Below, in pieces: positions 49,210-59,348 of a DNA stretch of 64,000 nt. Where the stretch lies: positions 21,883-85,882 of the forward strand of contig CAMQDS010000006.1 of assembly GCA_946999645.1 (NCBI GenBank), in the 5' to 3' direction. Position 1 is the stretch's first letter; each line of letters opens with the position of its first letter. The notes under the pieces are model-generated. The model saw only the letters and a list, made by a program, of their open reading frames with translations, did not search any database and had not been told where the DNA came from. This DNA comes from an uncultured Bacteroidales bacterium (lineage in GTDB: Bacteria; Bacteroidota; Bacteroidia; Bacteroidales; UBA932). The position numbers were made by a program, and so were the translations under genes.

Positions 49210-51147
49210 ATGGCCTTTCTTAAGTTTAATAAAACGGAACTTGTGAATCTTTCTTATTCGCTCAAGAGGGAAATAATATGTGCAAATAAGACAGGTGCAT
49301 ATTGTAATACCTCAATAGTGACTTGCAACACAAGGCGTTACCATGGTCTTTTAGGCGTTCCAGTTGATAATTTTTCTGGAAATAAGCATCTTTTACTTTC
49401 TTCCCTTGATGAAAGCATCATAATCAATGGACAACAATTCAATCTCGGAATACATCGATATGGTAATGTGTATGAGCCGAGAGGACATAAATATATAGTT
49501 GATTTTGAGTCTGATCCTATACCAGAAATTACTTATAAAGTAGGGGAAATTATTTTTGTGAAAAGCATTCTACTTGCTCCAGATAATGATCAAGTTTTAA
49601 TCCGTTATGAATTGGTAGATGCTCCTGCCAAAATAGAACTTCAACTAAAACCTTTCCTTGCTTTTAGAAATATACACAGTCTTACAGCAAAGAATGACGA
49701 TGCTAATACAACTTACAGAGAAATAAAAAATGGAGTTGCTTTTAAACTTTATGAGGGCTTTCCTGACTTAAATATGCAACTTAGTTCTTCAAAGGGAGTT
49801 TTTAAATATAATCCGTATTGGTATAACGGAATAACATATCTTGATGAATATAGAAGAGGTTTTGATTGCAAGGAAGATTTATTTGTGCCGGGATATTTTT
49901 CTATAAACATGAAAGAAGGAGATGTTTTATATTTTTCTGCTTCAGTAAACGAAGTCCTCCCTACAAATATCAAAAAGATTTTTAAAGACGGGTTTGCAAG
50001 GCTTGGAGAAATAAAGAATGAACATGATCAATTATTGCATTGTGCAGATCTTCTTATTCGTGACAGAAACGGCAAAAAACGCATAACTGCTGGTTTTTCA
50101 TGGCTTTATACTGGACTGCTTAGGGAAACCCTTTATGCCTTGCCGGGGCTAACTCTATTTGGAAAAGGTGGGAAAAAGGAGTTTGAAGAAATACTCGACA
50201 ATCTTATAAAGGATGAACAAGAAAGGCTTTTCCATAGAACCACTCAGGTTGAGGCTCCATTAAGATTAATTTGTGATTTGCAAATGTATATTGATTTCGG
50301 GGCTGATGAAAAACAGGTTTGGAAGAAATATGGTGATACAGTAAAGAATATAATAAAGAGTTATGCTGCAGGCGTAAGAAAGGAAATATCCTTGCAGCCA
50401 GACGGACTTTTGTGGGCTCAAATGGATAATGTGGCTCTTACTTGGATGAATGCCTACGTTGATGGACATCCTGTAACAGAAAGAGGTGGCTATCAGGTGG
50501 AAACCAATGCCTATTGGTATAATGCCCTATGCTTTGCTTTGGAAATGGAAGATAAATATGGACCAAAGAGAAGTCGTTTTAAATCTGACTGGGCTCCAAT
50601 AAGGGATTTATGTCTTAAGAATTTTCAGCCTAAATTCTTAGATCCTACTCTTGGTTATCTTGCTGATTATATTGATAATAATGGCAGACATATGGAAGTG
50701 CGTCCAAATCAACTTTATGCAGTTTGGGTGAAAAATTCTCCTATAGACGATGAAGTTGCAAGCCGCATTATGAAGGTTGTTGAAAATGAATTGATTACAA
50801 GAAGAGGCGTGCGAACTCTTTCTCCTCGTGACGCACAGTATCGCGGAGTGTATGAGGGAACTCAGACGGAAAGGGATCTTGCATATCATCAGGGCAGCAC
50901 AAGAATTTCTTGTCTATATACTTACGTCGATTGTGCGTTTAGAATGTGGGGAGCAACTTTTTATAAAAAAGCAGAGTGGTTAGTTAAAGGTTTCTATGAG
51001 GATTTGAATAAACACGGTGTAGGAACATTTTCCGAACTATACGATGGTGATCCTCCACACGAACCACATGGAGCAATCTCATCTGCGATGAGTACAGCGG
51101 CTCTTCTTGGTATAGAATATTTAATGAATAAATACGAGGAGGATTAA
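49210..51147 (+). CDS. Glycogen debranching enzyme-family protein (GDE_N + amylo-alpha-1,6-glucosidase-like C-terminal domain)
   Basis: 645 aa. N-terminus ANKTGAYCNTSIVTCNTRRYHGLL is typical of bacterial/archaeal GDE family proteins. Sits in a glycogen gene cluster. Confidence 0.65.
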   Translation: MAFLKFNKTELVNLSYSLKREIICANKTGAYCNTSIVTCNTRRYHGLLGVPVDNFSGNKHLLLSSLDESIIINGQQFNLGIHRYGNVYEPRGHKYIVDFESDPIPEITYKVGEIIFVKSILLAPDNDQVLIRYELVDAPAKIELQLKPFLAFRNIHSLTAKNDDANTTYREIKNGVAFKLYEGFPDLNMQLSSSKGVFKYNPYWYNGITYLDEYRRGFDCKEDLFVPGYFSINMKEGDVLYFSASVNEVLPTNIKKIFKDGFARLGEIKNEHDQLLHCADLLIRDRNGKKRITAGFSWLYTGLLRETLYALPGLTLFGKGGKKEFEEILDNLIKDEQERLFHRTTQVEAPLRLICDLQMYIDFGADEKQVWKKYGDTVKNIIKSYAAGVRKEISLQPDGLLWAQMDNVALTWMNAYVDGHPVTERGGYQVETNAYWYNALCFALEMEDKYGPKRSRFKSDWAPIRDLCLKNFQPKFLDPTLGYLADYIDNNGRHMEVRPNQLYAVWVKNSPIDDEVASRIMKVVENELITRRGVRTLSPRDAQYRGVYEGTQTERDLAYHQGSTRISCLYTYVDCAFRMWGATFYKKAEWLVKGFYEDLNKHGVGTFSELYDGDPPHEPHGAISSAMSTAALLGIEYLMNKYEED

Positions 51148-51149
51148 AT

Positions 51150-52445
51150 ATGAGAATATTAATGTTTGGTTGGGAGTTTCCTCCTCACATTGCTGGAGGA
51201 CTTGGAACAGCTTGTTATGGAATAGTTAAGGGCTTGGCATATAATGGAGTAGATACAATCTTTGTTATGCCATCGGCTTCTGGTGATGAAGATAAAAATG
51301 TCGCTAAAATAGTTGATGCAAGTGATGTTGCTGTTGATTTTCATGAATCGTTGAACATAGGCGAATTTCTTGATAAAATACAGTTCGTTCATATTGGTTC
51401 AAATATGATACCTTATTTGGATCCTCAAGAGTTTCATGACTTGGTGGAAAAAGAGAAAAAGCGTCAGGAAAAGGATTTCAAAGTAGTGTTCGGAAGTAAA
51501 TACAAGTTTTCCGGAAAATATGGTTCAAATCTGATGGAAGAAGTGGCACGGTATGCAATGGTTGGTGGTACTGTAGCCCTTCAAAGAAAGAATGAATTTG
51601 ATGTTATTCATGCACATGATTGGCTGACATACAATGCTGGGATAGCGGCAAAGAGGCTTACAGGGAAACCGTTGGTAGTTCATGTTCATGCGACATCATT
51701 TGACAGGAGCAGCGATCAGAATGTGGACACAAGAGTTTATGAAATAGAAAGAAACGGTATGTTGGAGGCAGATAAGGTTATTACTGTAAGTGACCTTACC
51801 CGTAATATAGTTATTACAAAGTACGGTATACCTCCTTCAAAAGTAGTAACTGTACATAATGCAGTTGATTTTACAGGAAGAAATAGTATAGATATAGAGA
51901 GAGGGGTGCGGGACAAGGTTGTTACTTTCTTGGGAAGAATAACTTTTCAGAAAGGGCCTGAATATTTTATAGAAGCTGCGGCAAAAATTCTCAAACGTGT
52001 AAAAAATGTGCGTTTTGTTATGGCAGGAAGTGGGGATATGATGAACCGCAGTATAAGGCATGTAGCAAGACTCGGTATTTCAGATAAATTCCATTTTACA
52101 GGATTTTTAAGAGGAGAAGATGTACAGAAAATGTTTGCTTTGTCGGATGTTTATGTGATGCCATCTGTATCTGAACCTTTTGGTATATCTCCTTTGGAGG
52201 CAATGCGTTCAGGTGTACCTTCCATTATCTCGAAACAATCAGGGGCTGCGGAAGTCTTGAAATATGCTTTTAAGGTTGATTTTTGGGATGTTGATGCAAT
52301 GGCAGATCGTATATTCGGGCTTCTCAAATATCCGGCGTTGTCTGAATTTGCCGCAAAACACGGATATGATGAAGTAAATGACTTGAAGTGGAATAATGCT
52401 ACTGCAAAAATAAAAAATGTATATGAATCGTTAATAAAGGGATAA
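51150..52445 (+). CDS. GT-B glycosyltransferase, archaeal-type (GT5/GT4-like) glycogen synthase candidate
   Basis: N-terminus MRILMFGWEFPPHIAGGLGTA resembles the small GT5 glycogen synthase start (M+ILxxxxEFxPxxvGGL). E-x7-E region in the C-terminal half. 431 aa. Confidence 0.65.
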   Translation: MRILMFGWEFPPHIAGGLGTACYGIVKGLAYNGVDTIFVMPSASGDEDKNVAKIVDASDVAVDFHESLNIGEFLDKIQFVHIGSNMIPYLDPQEFHDLVEKEKKRQEKDFKVVFGSKYKFSGKYGSNLMEEVARYAMVGGTVALQRKNEFDVIHAHDWLTYNAGIAAKRLTGKPLVVHVHATSFDRSSDQNVDTRVYEIERNGMLEADKVITVSDLTRNIVITKYGIPPSKVVTVHNAVDFTGRNSIDIERGVRDKVVTFLGRITFQKGPEYFIEAAAKILKRVKNVRFVMAGSGDMMNRSIRHVARLGISDKFHFTGFLRGEDVQKMFALSDVYVMPSVSEPFGISPLEAMRSGVPSIISKQSGAAEVLKYAFKVDFWDVDAMADRIFGLLKYPALSEFAAKHGYDEVNDLKWNNATAKIKNVYESLIKG

Positions 52446-52448
52446 ACC

Positions 52449-53705
52449 ATGGCTAATAAAACAATAACACTCTATTTCCAAGTTCATCAGCCTACAAGGC
52501 TTAGACTTTATAGATTTTTTGATATAGGTAAGGATTCACATTATTATGATGATTTTGCCAATAGAACTATTTTAAAAAGAGTAGCTCAACGCTGCTATCT
52601 TCCTATGAATGACTTGCTTTTAAAACTTATAAAAAAATATAAGGGCAAGTTTAAGGTGGCTTTTTCGATATCAGGTTCTGTGTTAGAGCAGTTTGAGCGT
52701 TATTCACCCGAAGTTATAGATAGTTTTAGAGAACTTGCAAATACAGGCTCTGTGGAGTTCCTTTGCGAAACTTACTATCATTCATTGGCTAGCCTTGCTT
52801 CTCCTAATGAATTTAAACATCAGGTACTTAAACATAAAGAGGCGATTAATCACTATTTTGGAATAACTCCTACAGCTTTTAGGAATACAGAACTCATATA
52901 TTCCAATTCTATAGGTGAACAGGTATATGATATGGGGTTCAAGACCCTGCTTACTGAGGGAGCAAAACATATAATGGGCTGGAAAAGTCCTGATTATGTG
53001 TACCATGCAGAAACTCGTCCGAAACTCAAACTTCTGTTAAGAAATTATAAATTCAGTGATGATATAGCGTTTAGGTTTTCAAATAAATCATGGAACGAGT
53101 GGCCGCTCACATGTGAAAAATATCTGAATTGGTTGAAAGCATCTGCTGCCGAAGGTGGTGATGTGATTAACTTGTTCATGGATTATGAAACTTTTGGTGA
53201 ACACCAAAAAGCCTCTTCTGGTATTTTTGATTTTATGAAGTATCTTCCAGAACTTATTATAAAGGACGGAACCTTTGAATTTGCCACTCCATCTGAATGT
53301 TCTGAAAAATATGAGGCTGTTGCTGATCTTGATGTCCCTGAGCCTATTTCATGGGCCGATGAAGAGAGGGATACCACTGCATGGCTTGGAAATGAACTGC
53401 AGCAGGAAGCTTTCAACAAAATATATGGTCTTATAGAAAAGTTATCATTAGTAAATGATTCTCAGTTGTGGAATGATTTTGGACATCTTCAGGAGAGTGA
53501 TCATTTGTACTATATGTGTACAAAGTTTTTCTCAGATGGAGAAGTTCATAAATATTTTAACCCTTATGACACCCCTTATGAGGCATTTATTAACTATATG
53601 AACGTTTTAAGTGATTTTACTTTAAGAGTAAATGATGAAATTTCAATTTTAGATACTAAATTTGCAGCTCCTGTGAAAAAGAAAAGGACAGTTAAAAAGA
53701 AGTAA
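52449..53705 (+). CDS. GH57-family glycoside hydrolase (alpha-amylase / 4-alpha-glucanotransferase / branching-type)
   Basis: N-terminus ITLYFQVHQPTRL with the HQP motif of GH57. 418 aa. Confidence 0.75.
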   Translation: MANKTITLYFQVHQPTRLRLYRFFDIGKDSHYYDDFANRTILKRVAQRCYLPMNDLLLKLIKKYKGKFKVAFSISGSVLEQFERYSPEVIDSFRELANTGSVEFLCETYYHSLASLASPNEFKHQVLKHKEAINHYFGITPTAFRNTELIYSNSIGEQVYDMGFKTLLTEGAKHIMGWKSPDYVYHAETRPKLKLLLRNYKFSDDIAFRFSNKSWNEWPLTCEKYLNWLKASAAEGGDVINLFMDYETFGEHQKASSGIFDFMKYLPELIIKDGTFEFATPSECSEKYEAVADLDVPEPISWADEERDTTAWLGNELQQEAFNKIYGLIEKLSLVNDSQLWNDFGHLQESDHLYYMCTKFFSDGEVHKYFNPYDTPYEAFINYMNVLSDFTLRVNDEISILDTKFAAPVKKKRTVKKK

Positions 53706-56700
53706 TGGTAGAACAAAATGTAAAGCCCGATTATCTGTTTGAGGTAAGTTGGGAGGTCTGTAATAAAATAGGGGGCATATATACAGTTATTGCCACTAAG
53801 GCTCTATATCTGAAATCAAAATTCAAGAGACATCATATTCTTATCGGTCCTGATGTATGGATGGATACGGAGAGTAATCCGGATTTCATAGAAGATGATA
53901 AATTATATTCATCATGGAAGGCTAAGGCAAATGCAAACGGCTTAAGAGTTCGTATTGGTACTTGGAATGTCCCAGGCAATCCAATAGCGATATTGGTTGA
54001 TTACAAGCAATTTCTTACAACTCAAAATGATATTCTTACTGAATATTGGTTAAAATTTGGTGTTGATTCGATTACTGGAAATTGGGATTATAAGGAGTCA
54101 GTGCTGTTTGGTTATGCTGCAGGTAAGGTAATAGAGAGCTTTTATAAATGTAATCTGATGGCATCAGATAAGGTTGTGGCTCAATTCCATGAATGGCAGT
54201 CAGGAGCAGGTCTTCTTTATTTGAAAGATACAAAACTCCCTATTGCTACGGTATTTACTACTCATGCGACAGTCTTGGGACGTTGTCTTGCCGGTAACAA
54301 TCTTCCACTTTATGATAAGTGTACCTCATACAATCCCGATGAGTATTCAAGGCGTTTCAATGTAGTTGCAAGACATTCATTGGAATCAATATCTGCCCGT
54401 AATGCCGATGTATTCACAACTGTAAGTGAAATAACTTCTGCAGAATGTGAACGTTTTCTTGGTCGAAAGCCTGACTTGGTGACACCTAATGGTTTTGAAA
54501 ACAGTTTTACTCCTAGCTCTGATGAGGAATATTCTGATAAGAGAAGTGCAGCAAGAAAGAAACTTATTGAAGTGGCTTCTGCGATGTCAGGAGAACAGAT
54601 TGAGGATGATGCCATACTTATAGGAATAGGTGGAAGGTATGAATATAGAAATAAGGGGATAGATGTTTTTATAGACTCGCTTGTTTCTCTTAGGGATAGT
54701 GGCTATTCTGGTAAAACTGTGCATGCCTTCATTATGATTCCTTCTGGTCATAAAGGGGCTGATAAACAGTTATTGTCAAAATTATCAGGGAATTTAAGTA
54801 ACAATTATACAACTCAAGTATCTCATGTTCTTATGGATAGGGAACATGATATTATAGTTAATCGTCTTTCCCAAACTGGACTTATAAACAAGCATGGTTC
54901 AAAAGTAAATGTATATTTTATTCCTTCATATCTTACTGGTAATGATGGAATATTTAATATGAAATATTATGACTTGCTGGTAGGGTTGGATTTAGCATTA
55001 TTCCCTTCATATTATGAGCCTTGGGGATATACCCCTTTGGAGGCTCTTGCATTCAGGGTGCCTACTCTTACTACAACTCTTGCCGGCTTTGGTCTTTGGG
55101 TTTTGGCGCATTATAAAAATTCAGTACATCCTGGTATTGCTATAATAGAAAGAAATGAAAATAATTATAGAGAAGTAGTTGAAGGGGTTGTAAAGAGAAT
55201 AAAAGAGATTTCCACTATAGATAATAAAACAAAAATTGCCTATATGGCTAATGCTTGTGAGGTAGCATCTATAGCATTATGGGAAAATCAAATAGTATAT
55301 TATAAAAAAGCCTATTCAATAGCCATCTGCAAGGTAATTGCAGAAAAAGGAGAATTTCCTAAAACAAATAATACTGAAAATATGAAATACGAAAAGATAC
55401 AGATAAACGCTCCTACGTGGAAGAGCGTTATGATTACACGTCATCTTCCTGAGTCACTTTCGGGCTTGGAAACATTATCAAAAAATTTATGGTGGTGCTG
55501 GAATGACAGTGCAAAGGCTCTTTTTAAGTCTGTGGATCCTGAAATATGGCATAACTCAGGACATAATCCTATGACAGTTCTTGATACAGTAAGTCTTAAG
55601 AGGTTTAATTCTCTTGCTAAAGATAAAACCTTCCTTGCTCAACTTAAGGCTGTAATGGATGAGTTTAATGCCTATATGGATTTGAAAAAAGAGCGTAAAT
55701 CTCCTCTTACCGCATATTTCTGCATGGAATACGGACTTGACACTTCTCTCAAAATCTATTCAGGAGGTCTTGGTGTATTGGCAGGGGACTATCTGAAAGA
55801 AACAAGTGATATGAATGTTAATCTTGTTGCTATAGGATTTCTGTATAGGTATGGATATTTTACGCAAGTAATTACAGCTCAGGGAGATCAGGTGGCAAAA
55901 TATGATGCTCAAGATTTTATGCGTATTCCGGCATCTCCTGTTATGGATAAGAACGGGAATTGGGTAACTACAAGTGTTGCTTTCCCGGGAAGAAATATAA
56001 CCGCACGTATTTGGAAAGTGGCTGTTGGACGTACTGACTTGTACTTGCTCGATGCTGATTATGAGGCAAATATACCTGAAGATCGTCAGGTAACTCATCA
56101 CCTTTATGGTGGCGACTGGGAAAACAGATTAAAACAAGAGTTGTTTTTAGGTGTTGGCGGTATACGTGCCTTGCGTGCTTTGGGCATCGAACCTCAAATC
56201 TTCCATTGTAATGAGGGACATGCTGCATTTACAGGGCTTGAAAGATTGCGTGAGTATATTCAAAATGATAATCTTTCATTTGCTGAGGCTCTTGAAGTTG
56301 TAAGGGCATCTTCCCTATTCACAACTCATACTCCTGTTCCTGCTGGTCATGATGCCTTCGATGAAGATATATTGAGAAAATATATAGGTCATTATCCTGC
56401 AAGACTTAAGGTTGATTGGGAAACCATGATGGGGCTTGGAAAGTTGGATGGAAGGGATGTCAATGAAAAATTCTCAATGAGTATACTTGCTGCTAATATT
56501 TCTCAAAATGTCAATGGTGTTTCACGTCTTCATGGAGAAGTAAGCCGAAATATATTCTCAAATATGTATCCTGGTTACCTACCAGAGGAATTGTTTGTAA
56601 GTTATGTTACAAATGGTGTTCACTATCCTACATGGACGGCAAAACAGTGGAAAGCAATTCATAAAAAAGCATTTGGTCCAGAATTTCAGACATATCATTA

Positions 56701-57946
56701 CAACAAACAATGTTTTGAAGGAATATACAATGTGCCTGATAGCGAAATCTGGGAAACCAGAAAGTTATTGAAAACCAATTTGATAAATATAGTAAAGGAA
56801 AGAATCTCCAATCTCAGCATGTGCAGCTACTATTCTCCTCGTGAAATAGTTGAGATAAAGGATAACCTACGTCCTGATGTGCTTACTATTGGATTTGCAA
56901 GACGTTTTGCTACCTACAAGAGAGCGACTTTGCTCTTTAGCGATTTGGATATGTTAGATTCAATAGTAAATAATCCTCAGAGACCTGTGCAGTTTATATT
57001 TGCAGGTAAGGCTCATCCAGCTGATAAAGCAGGTCAGGATTTGATAAAACAAATAATCTCCATATCAAAGCAAGAGAGATTCCTTGGAAAAATAGTATTT
57101 GTCCCAGGTTATGATATTAATCTTGCAAAAAGACTTGTTCAAGGTGTAGATGTATGGATGAATAATCCTACAAGACCTCTTGAAGCATCAGGAACATCTG
57201 GAGAAAAGGCTGCTATGAATGGAGTAATGCATTTCTCTGTGCTTGATGGCTGGTGGGTTGAAGGTTATCGTGAAAACGCGGGTTGGGCTTTACCGCAGCA
57301 AAGAACCTACGAAGATCAAAATTATCAGAATGAACTGGATGCAGCAACTATCTATGCTAAACTTGAAAATGAAATAGCTCCTGCATATTATGATGTCGAT
57401 AAAAAGACAGGTCGTTCTGAAAAATGGATAGGTTACATAAAGAATGTAATAGCCCAAGTGGCATGTAACTTTACTACCAACAGAATGTTGACAGATTATG
57501 TCAATCAATATTATACACCTCAAGCTAAACGTGCTGCAAGTCTTATAGCAAATGATTACAAATTAGCACGTCAAATAGCTGACTGGAAAGCATTTGTAGA
57601 AAGGGAATGGCCTAGCATAGAAGTCGTTTCATATACTAATACAGAATCCTCTTATAGCGTATCCCAAGAGAATTATATGCATGCTGAAGCTGTATTGAAT
57701 TTGGGTGATTTAACCCAAGGCGATATAGGTGTTGAGATGCTTTTCTGTACAACAGATAGTAAAGGAGACCTTCATATACTTGATAAGTGTGAGTTTGAAG
57801 TAGTTTCTTTTAATGATGGGGTAGCGACATATCGTGCTTCCGTCTTGCCTGAAAGGTCGGGTATGTATCAGGTGGCAACAAGAATGTATGCTAAAAATCC
57901 TTTATTGCCACATAGACAGGATTTCGGATTAGTGAGATGGTTGTAG
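53705..57946 (+). CDS. Fusion protein: N-terminal eukaryote-like (GT3) glycogen synthase + C-terminal alpha-glucan phosphorylase (GT35)
   Basis: aa 1 to about 560: FEVSWEVCNKIGGIYTV and WQSGAG, typical of GT3 glycogen synthases. aa about 570-1413: LPESLSGLETLSKNLWWCWN (alpha-glucan phosphorylase N-terminal DUF3417 pattern), FTTHTPVPAGHDAF and the PLP-lysine region EASGTSGEKAAMNG. One uninterrupted 1413-aa ORF. Confidence 0.75.
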   Translation: MVEQNVKPDYLFEVSWEVCNKIGGIYTVIATKALYLKSKFKRHHILIGPDVWMDTESNPDFIEDDKLYSSWKAKANANGLRVRIGTWNVPGNPIAILVDYKQFLTTQNDILTEYWLKFGVDSITGNWDYKESVLFGYAAGKVIESFYKCNLMASDKVVAQFHEWQSGAGLLYLKDTKLPIATVFTTHATVLGRCLAGNNLPLYDKCTSYNPDEYSRRFNVVARHSLESISARNADVFTTVSEITSAECERFLGRKPDLVTPNGFENSFTPSSDEEYSDKRSAARKKLIEVASAMSGEQIEDDAILIGIGGRYEYRNKGIDVFIDSLVSLRDSGYSGKTVHAFIMIPSGHKGADKQLLSKLSGNLSNNYTTQVSHVLMDREHDIIVNRLSQTGLINKHGSKVNVYFIPSYLTGNDGIFNMKYYDLLVGLDLALFPSYYEPWGYTPLEALAFRVPTLTTTLAGFGLWVLAHYKNSVHPGIAIIERNENNYREVVEGVVKRIKEISTIDNKTKIAYMANACEVASIALWENQIVYYKKAYSIAICKVIAEKGEFPKTNNTENMKYEKIQINAPTWKSVMITRHLPESLSGLETLSKNLWWCWNDSAKALFKSVDPEIWHNSGHNPMTVLDTVSLKRFNSLAKDKTFLAQLKAVMDEFNAYMDLKKERKSPLTAYFCMEYGLDTSLKIYSGGLGVLAGDYLKETSDMNVNLVAIGFLYRYGYFTQVITAQGDQVAKYDAQDFMRIPASPVMDKNGNWVTTSVAFPGRNITARIWKVAVGRTDLYLLDADYEANIPEDRQVTHHLYGGDWENRLKQELFLGVGGIRALRALGIEPQIFHCNEGHAAFTGLERLREYIQNDNLSFAEALEVVRASSLFTTHTPVPAGHDAFDEDILRKYIGHYPARLKVDWETMMGLGKLDGRDVNEKFSMSILAANISQNVNGVSRLHGEVSRNIFSNMYPGYLPEELFVSYVTNGVHYPTWTAKQWKAIHKKAFGPEFQTYHYNKQCFEGIYNVPDSEIWETRKLLKTNLINIVKERISNLSMCSYYSPREIVEIKDNLRPDVLTIGFARRFATYKRATLLFSDLDMLDSIVNNPQRPVQFIFAGKAHPADKAGQDLIKQIISISKQERFLGKIVFVPGYDINLAKRLVQGVDVWMNNPTRPLEASGTSGEKAAMNGVMHFSVLDGWWVEGYRENAGWALPQQRTYEDQNYQNELDAATIYAKLENEIAPAYYDVDKKTGRSEKWIGYIKNVIAQVACNFTTNRMLTDYVNQYYTPQAKRAASLIANDYKLARQIADWKAFVEREWPSIEVVSYTNTESSYSVSQENYMHAEAVLNLGDLTQGDIGVEMLFCTTDSKGDLHILDKCEFEVVSFNDGVATYRASVLPERSGMYQVATRMYAKNPLLPHRQDFGLVRWL

Positions 57947-58839
57947 CGACAGGCTTTTTTGACGGTGTCCATCTCGGGCACCGTTTTATTATAGATTTAC
58001 TTGTAAGTCAGGCACGCAGGCGTGGGGAGAAAAGCACAGTTGTGACTTTTTGGCCCCATCCTCGTGTTGTACTGCAAAATGGAGCAAGAACTTTGCGTCT
58101 TCTTAGTACGGTGGAAGAAAAAAAAGAGATACTGTCATCTCTTGGAGTAGATAATATAGAAGTTATACCCTTTACTAAAGAGTTTGCCTCTCTCACTGCT
58201 GAAGAGTATTTAAAAAAATATGTAATAGAATTGTTTGGCGGCTCCGCAATAGTATTGGGCTATGACAATAGAATGGGAAGTGACTCATGTACCCCTGATG
58301 AAATGTCTGCTATAGCAAAAAGTGTAGGCTTAGATGTTTTTAGAGCAGAAAGCGTAGTCGCAGATAGCGGAGTTGTTATAAGTTCTACCAAAATCAGAAA
58401 TCTCTTGGCTGTTGGCAACGTTAAAGAAGCATCTGAAATGTTGGGATATAACTATGGTTTGTACGGTGTTGTTGTAAGCGGAAATAGAATAGGTAGGACA
58501 TTGGGCTTTCCTACTGCTAATATGGAACTTTATGAACCTCTGAAACTTGTTCCAGGTAATGGAGTATACCTTGTTGAGGTGAAAGTTCAAAATGTTAAAT
58601 ATTTCGGTATGTGCAATATAGGTGTGCGTCCTACAATTGGAAAAAGTAATGCAATGACTATTGAAACCCATATTTTTGATTTTAATCAGGATATATATGG
58701 TATGGATATTTCATTGCGTTTCTTATCAATGATAAGAGCGGAAAAATGTTTTCCAAATCTTTATGCACTAAAGCAGCAACTCAATGCAGATATGCAAGAG
58801 TGCAAAGAGTTATTGACTTCCTATTCAAGTTCCTTATAA
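57937..58839 (+). CDS. ribF: Bifunctional riboflavin kinase / FMN adenylyltransferase
   Basis: VVATGFFDGVHLGH nucleotidyltransferase motif and a C-terminal riboflavin kinase region (GFPTANM, E...TH). 300 aa. Confidence 0.85.
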   Translation: MVVATGFFDGVHLGHRFIIDLLVSQARRRGEKSTVVTFWPHPRVVLQNGARTLRLLSTVEEKKEILSSLGVDNIEVIPFTKEFASLTAEEYLKKYVIELFGGSAIVLGYDNRMGSDSCTPDEMSAIAKSVGLDVFRAESVVADSGVVISSTKIRNLLAVGNVKEASEMLGYNYGLYGVVVSGNRIGRTLGFPTANMELYEPLKLVPGNGVYLVEVKVQNVKYFGMCNIGVRPTIGKSNAMTIETHIFDFNQDIYGMDISLRFLSMIRAEKCFPNLYALKQQLNADMQECKELLTSYSSSL

Positions 58840-58897
58840 AATATTAGTCTAAATAAAAATGCTTTGCTATATTAGCATAAACTACTGACGAATTGAT

Positions 58898-59239
58898 ATG
58901 ATTTCAATAATAATTTTGATAGTTATCTTAATTTCCAGTCTTTTTCCTTCTTTTATACAAAAGAAATTAAAAGAATCTGTTGCGTCTGCCGATAATCGAC
59001 CTGTCTTTATACCTGAGGAAGATATTTTTTTTACAAGTGAAAAGAAGAAAAAACATAAAAAGCCTAAGGTTGTGCAGGCTGCCAAGGAATGTTCTGACAA
59101 ACAGGTAAAGGAAGAAAAAGTTAAGGCGATAGATAAAGTGAAAGTGGAAGCGAAAGAGAAAGAAGAAGTTGACGAAATTACACCTGAAAGACTTATTATT
59201 TATTCGGCAATAATGACCCCTAAATTTAAAGAGTTGTAG
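58898..59239 (+). CDS. Hypothetical small protein: N-terminal TM helix plus K/E-rich tail
   Basis: 113-aa ORF between ribF and greA. No recognisable motif. Confidence 0.35.
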   Translation: MISIIILIVILISSLFPSFIQKKLKESVASADNRPVFIPEEDIFFTSEKKKKHKKPKVVQAAKECSDKQVKEEKVKAIDKVKVEAKEKEEVDEITPERLIIYSAIMTPKFKEL

Positions 59240-59348
59240 AACAGATAATATAAAATCACTATATTTGTAAAAGTAAAAGGGGTTCTGTCATTTGATACGA
59301 CAGGCCTCATTTTTAATATGATAACCATACATTAACATTTATAATATT

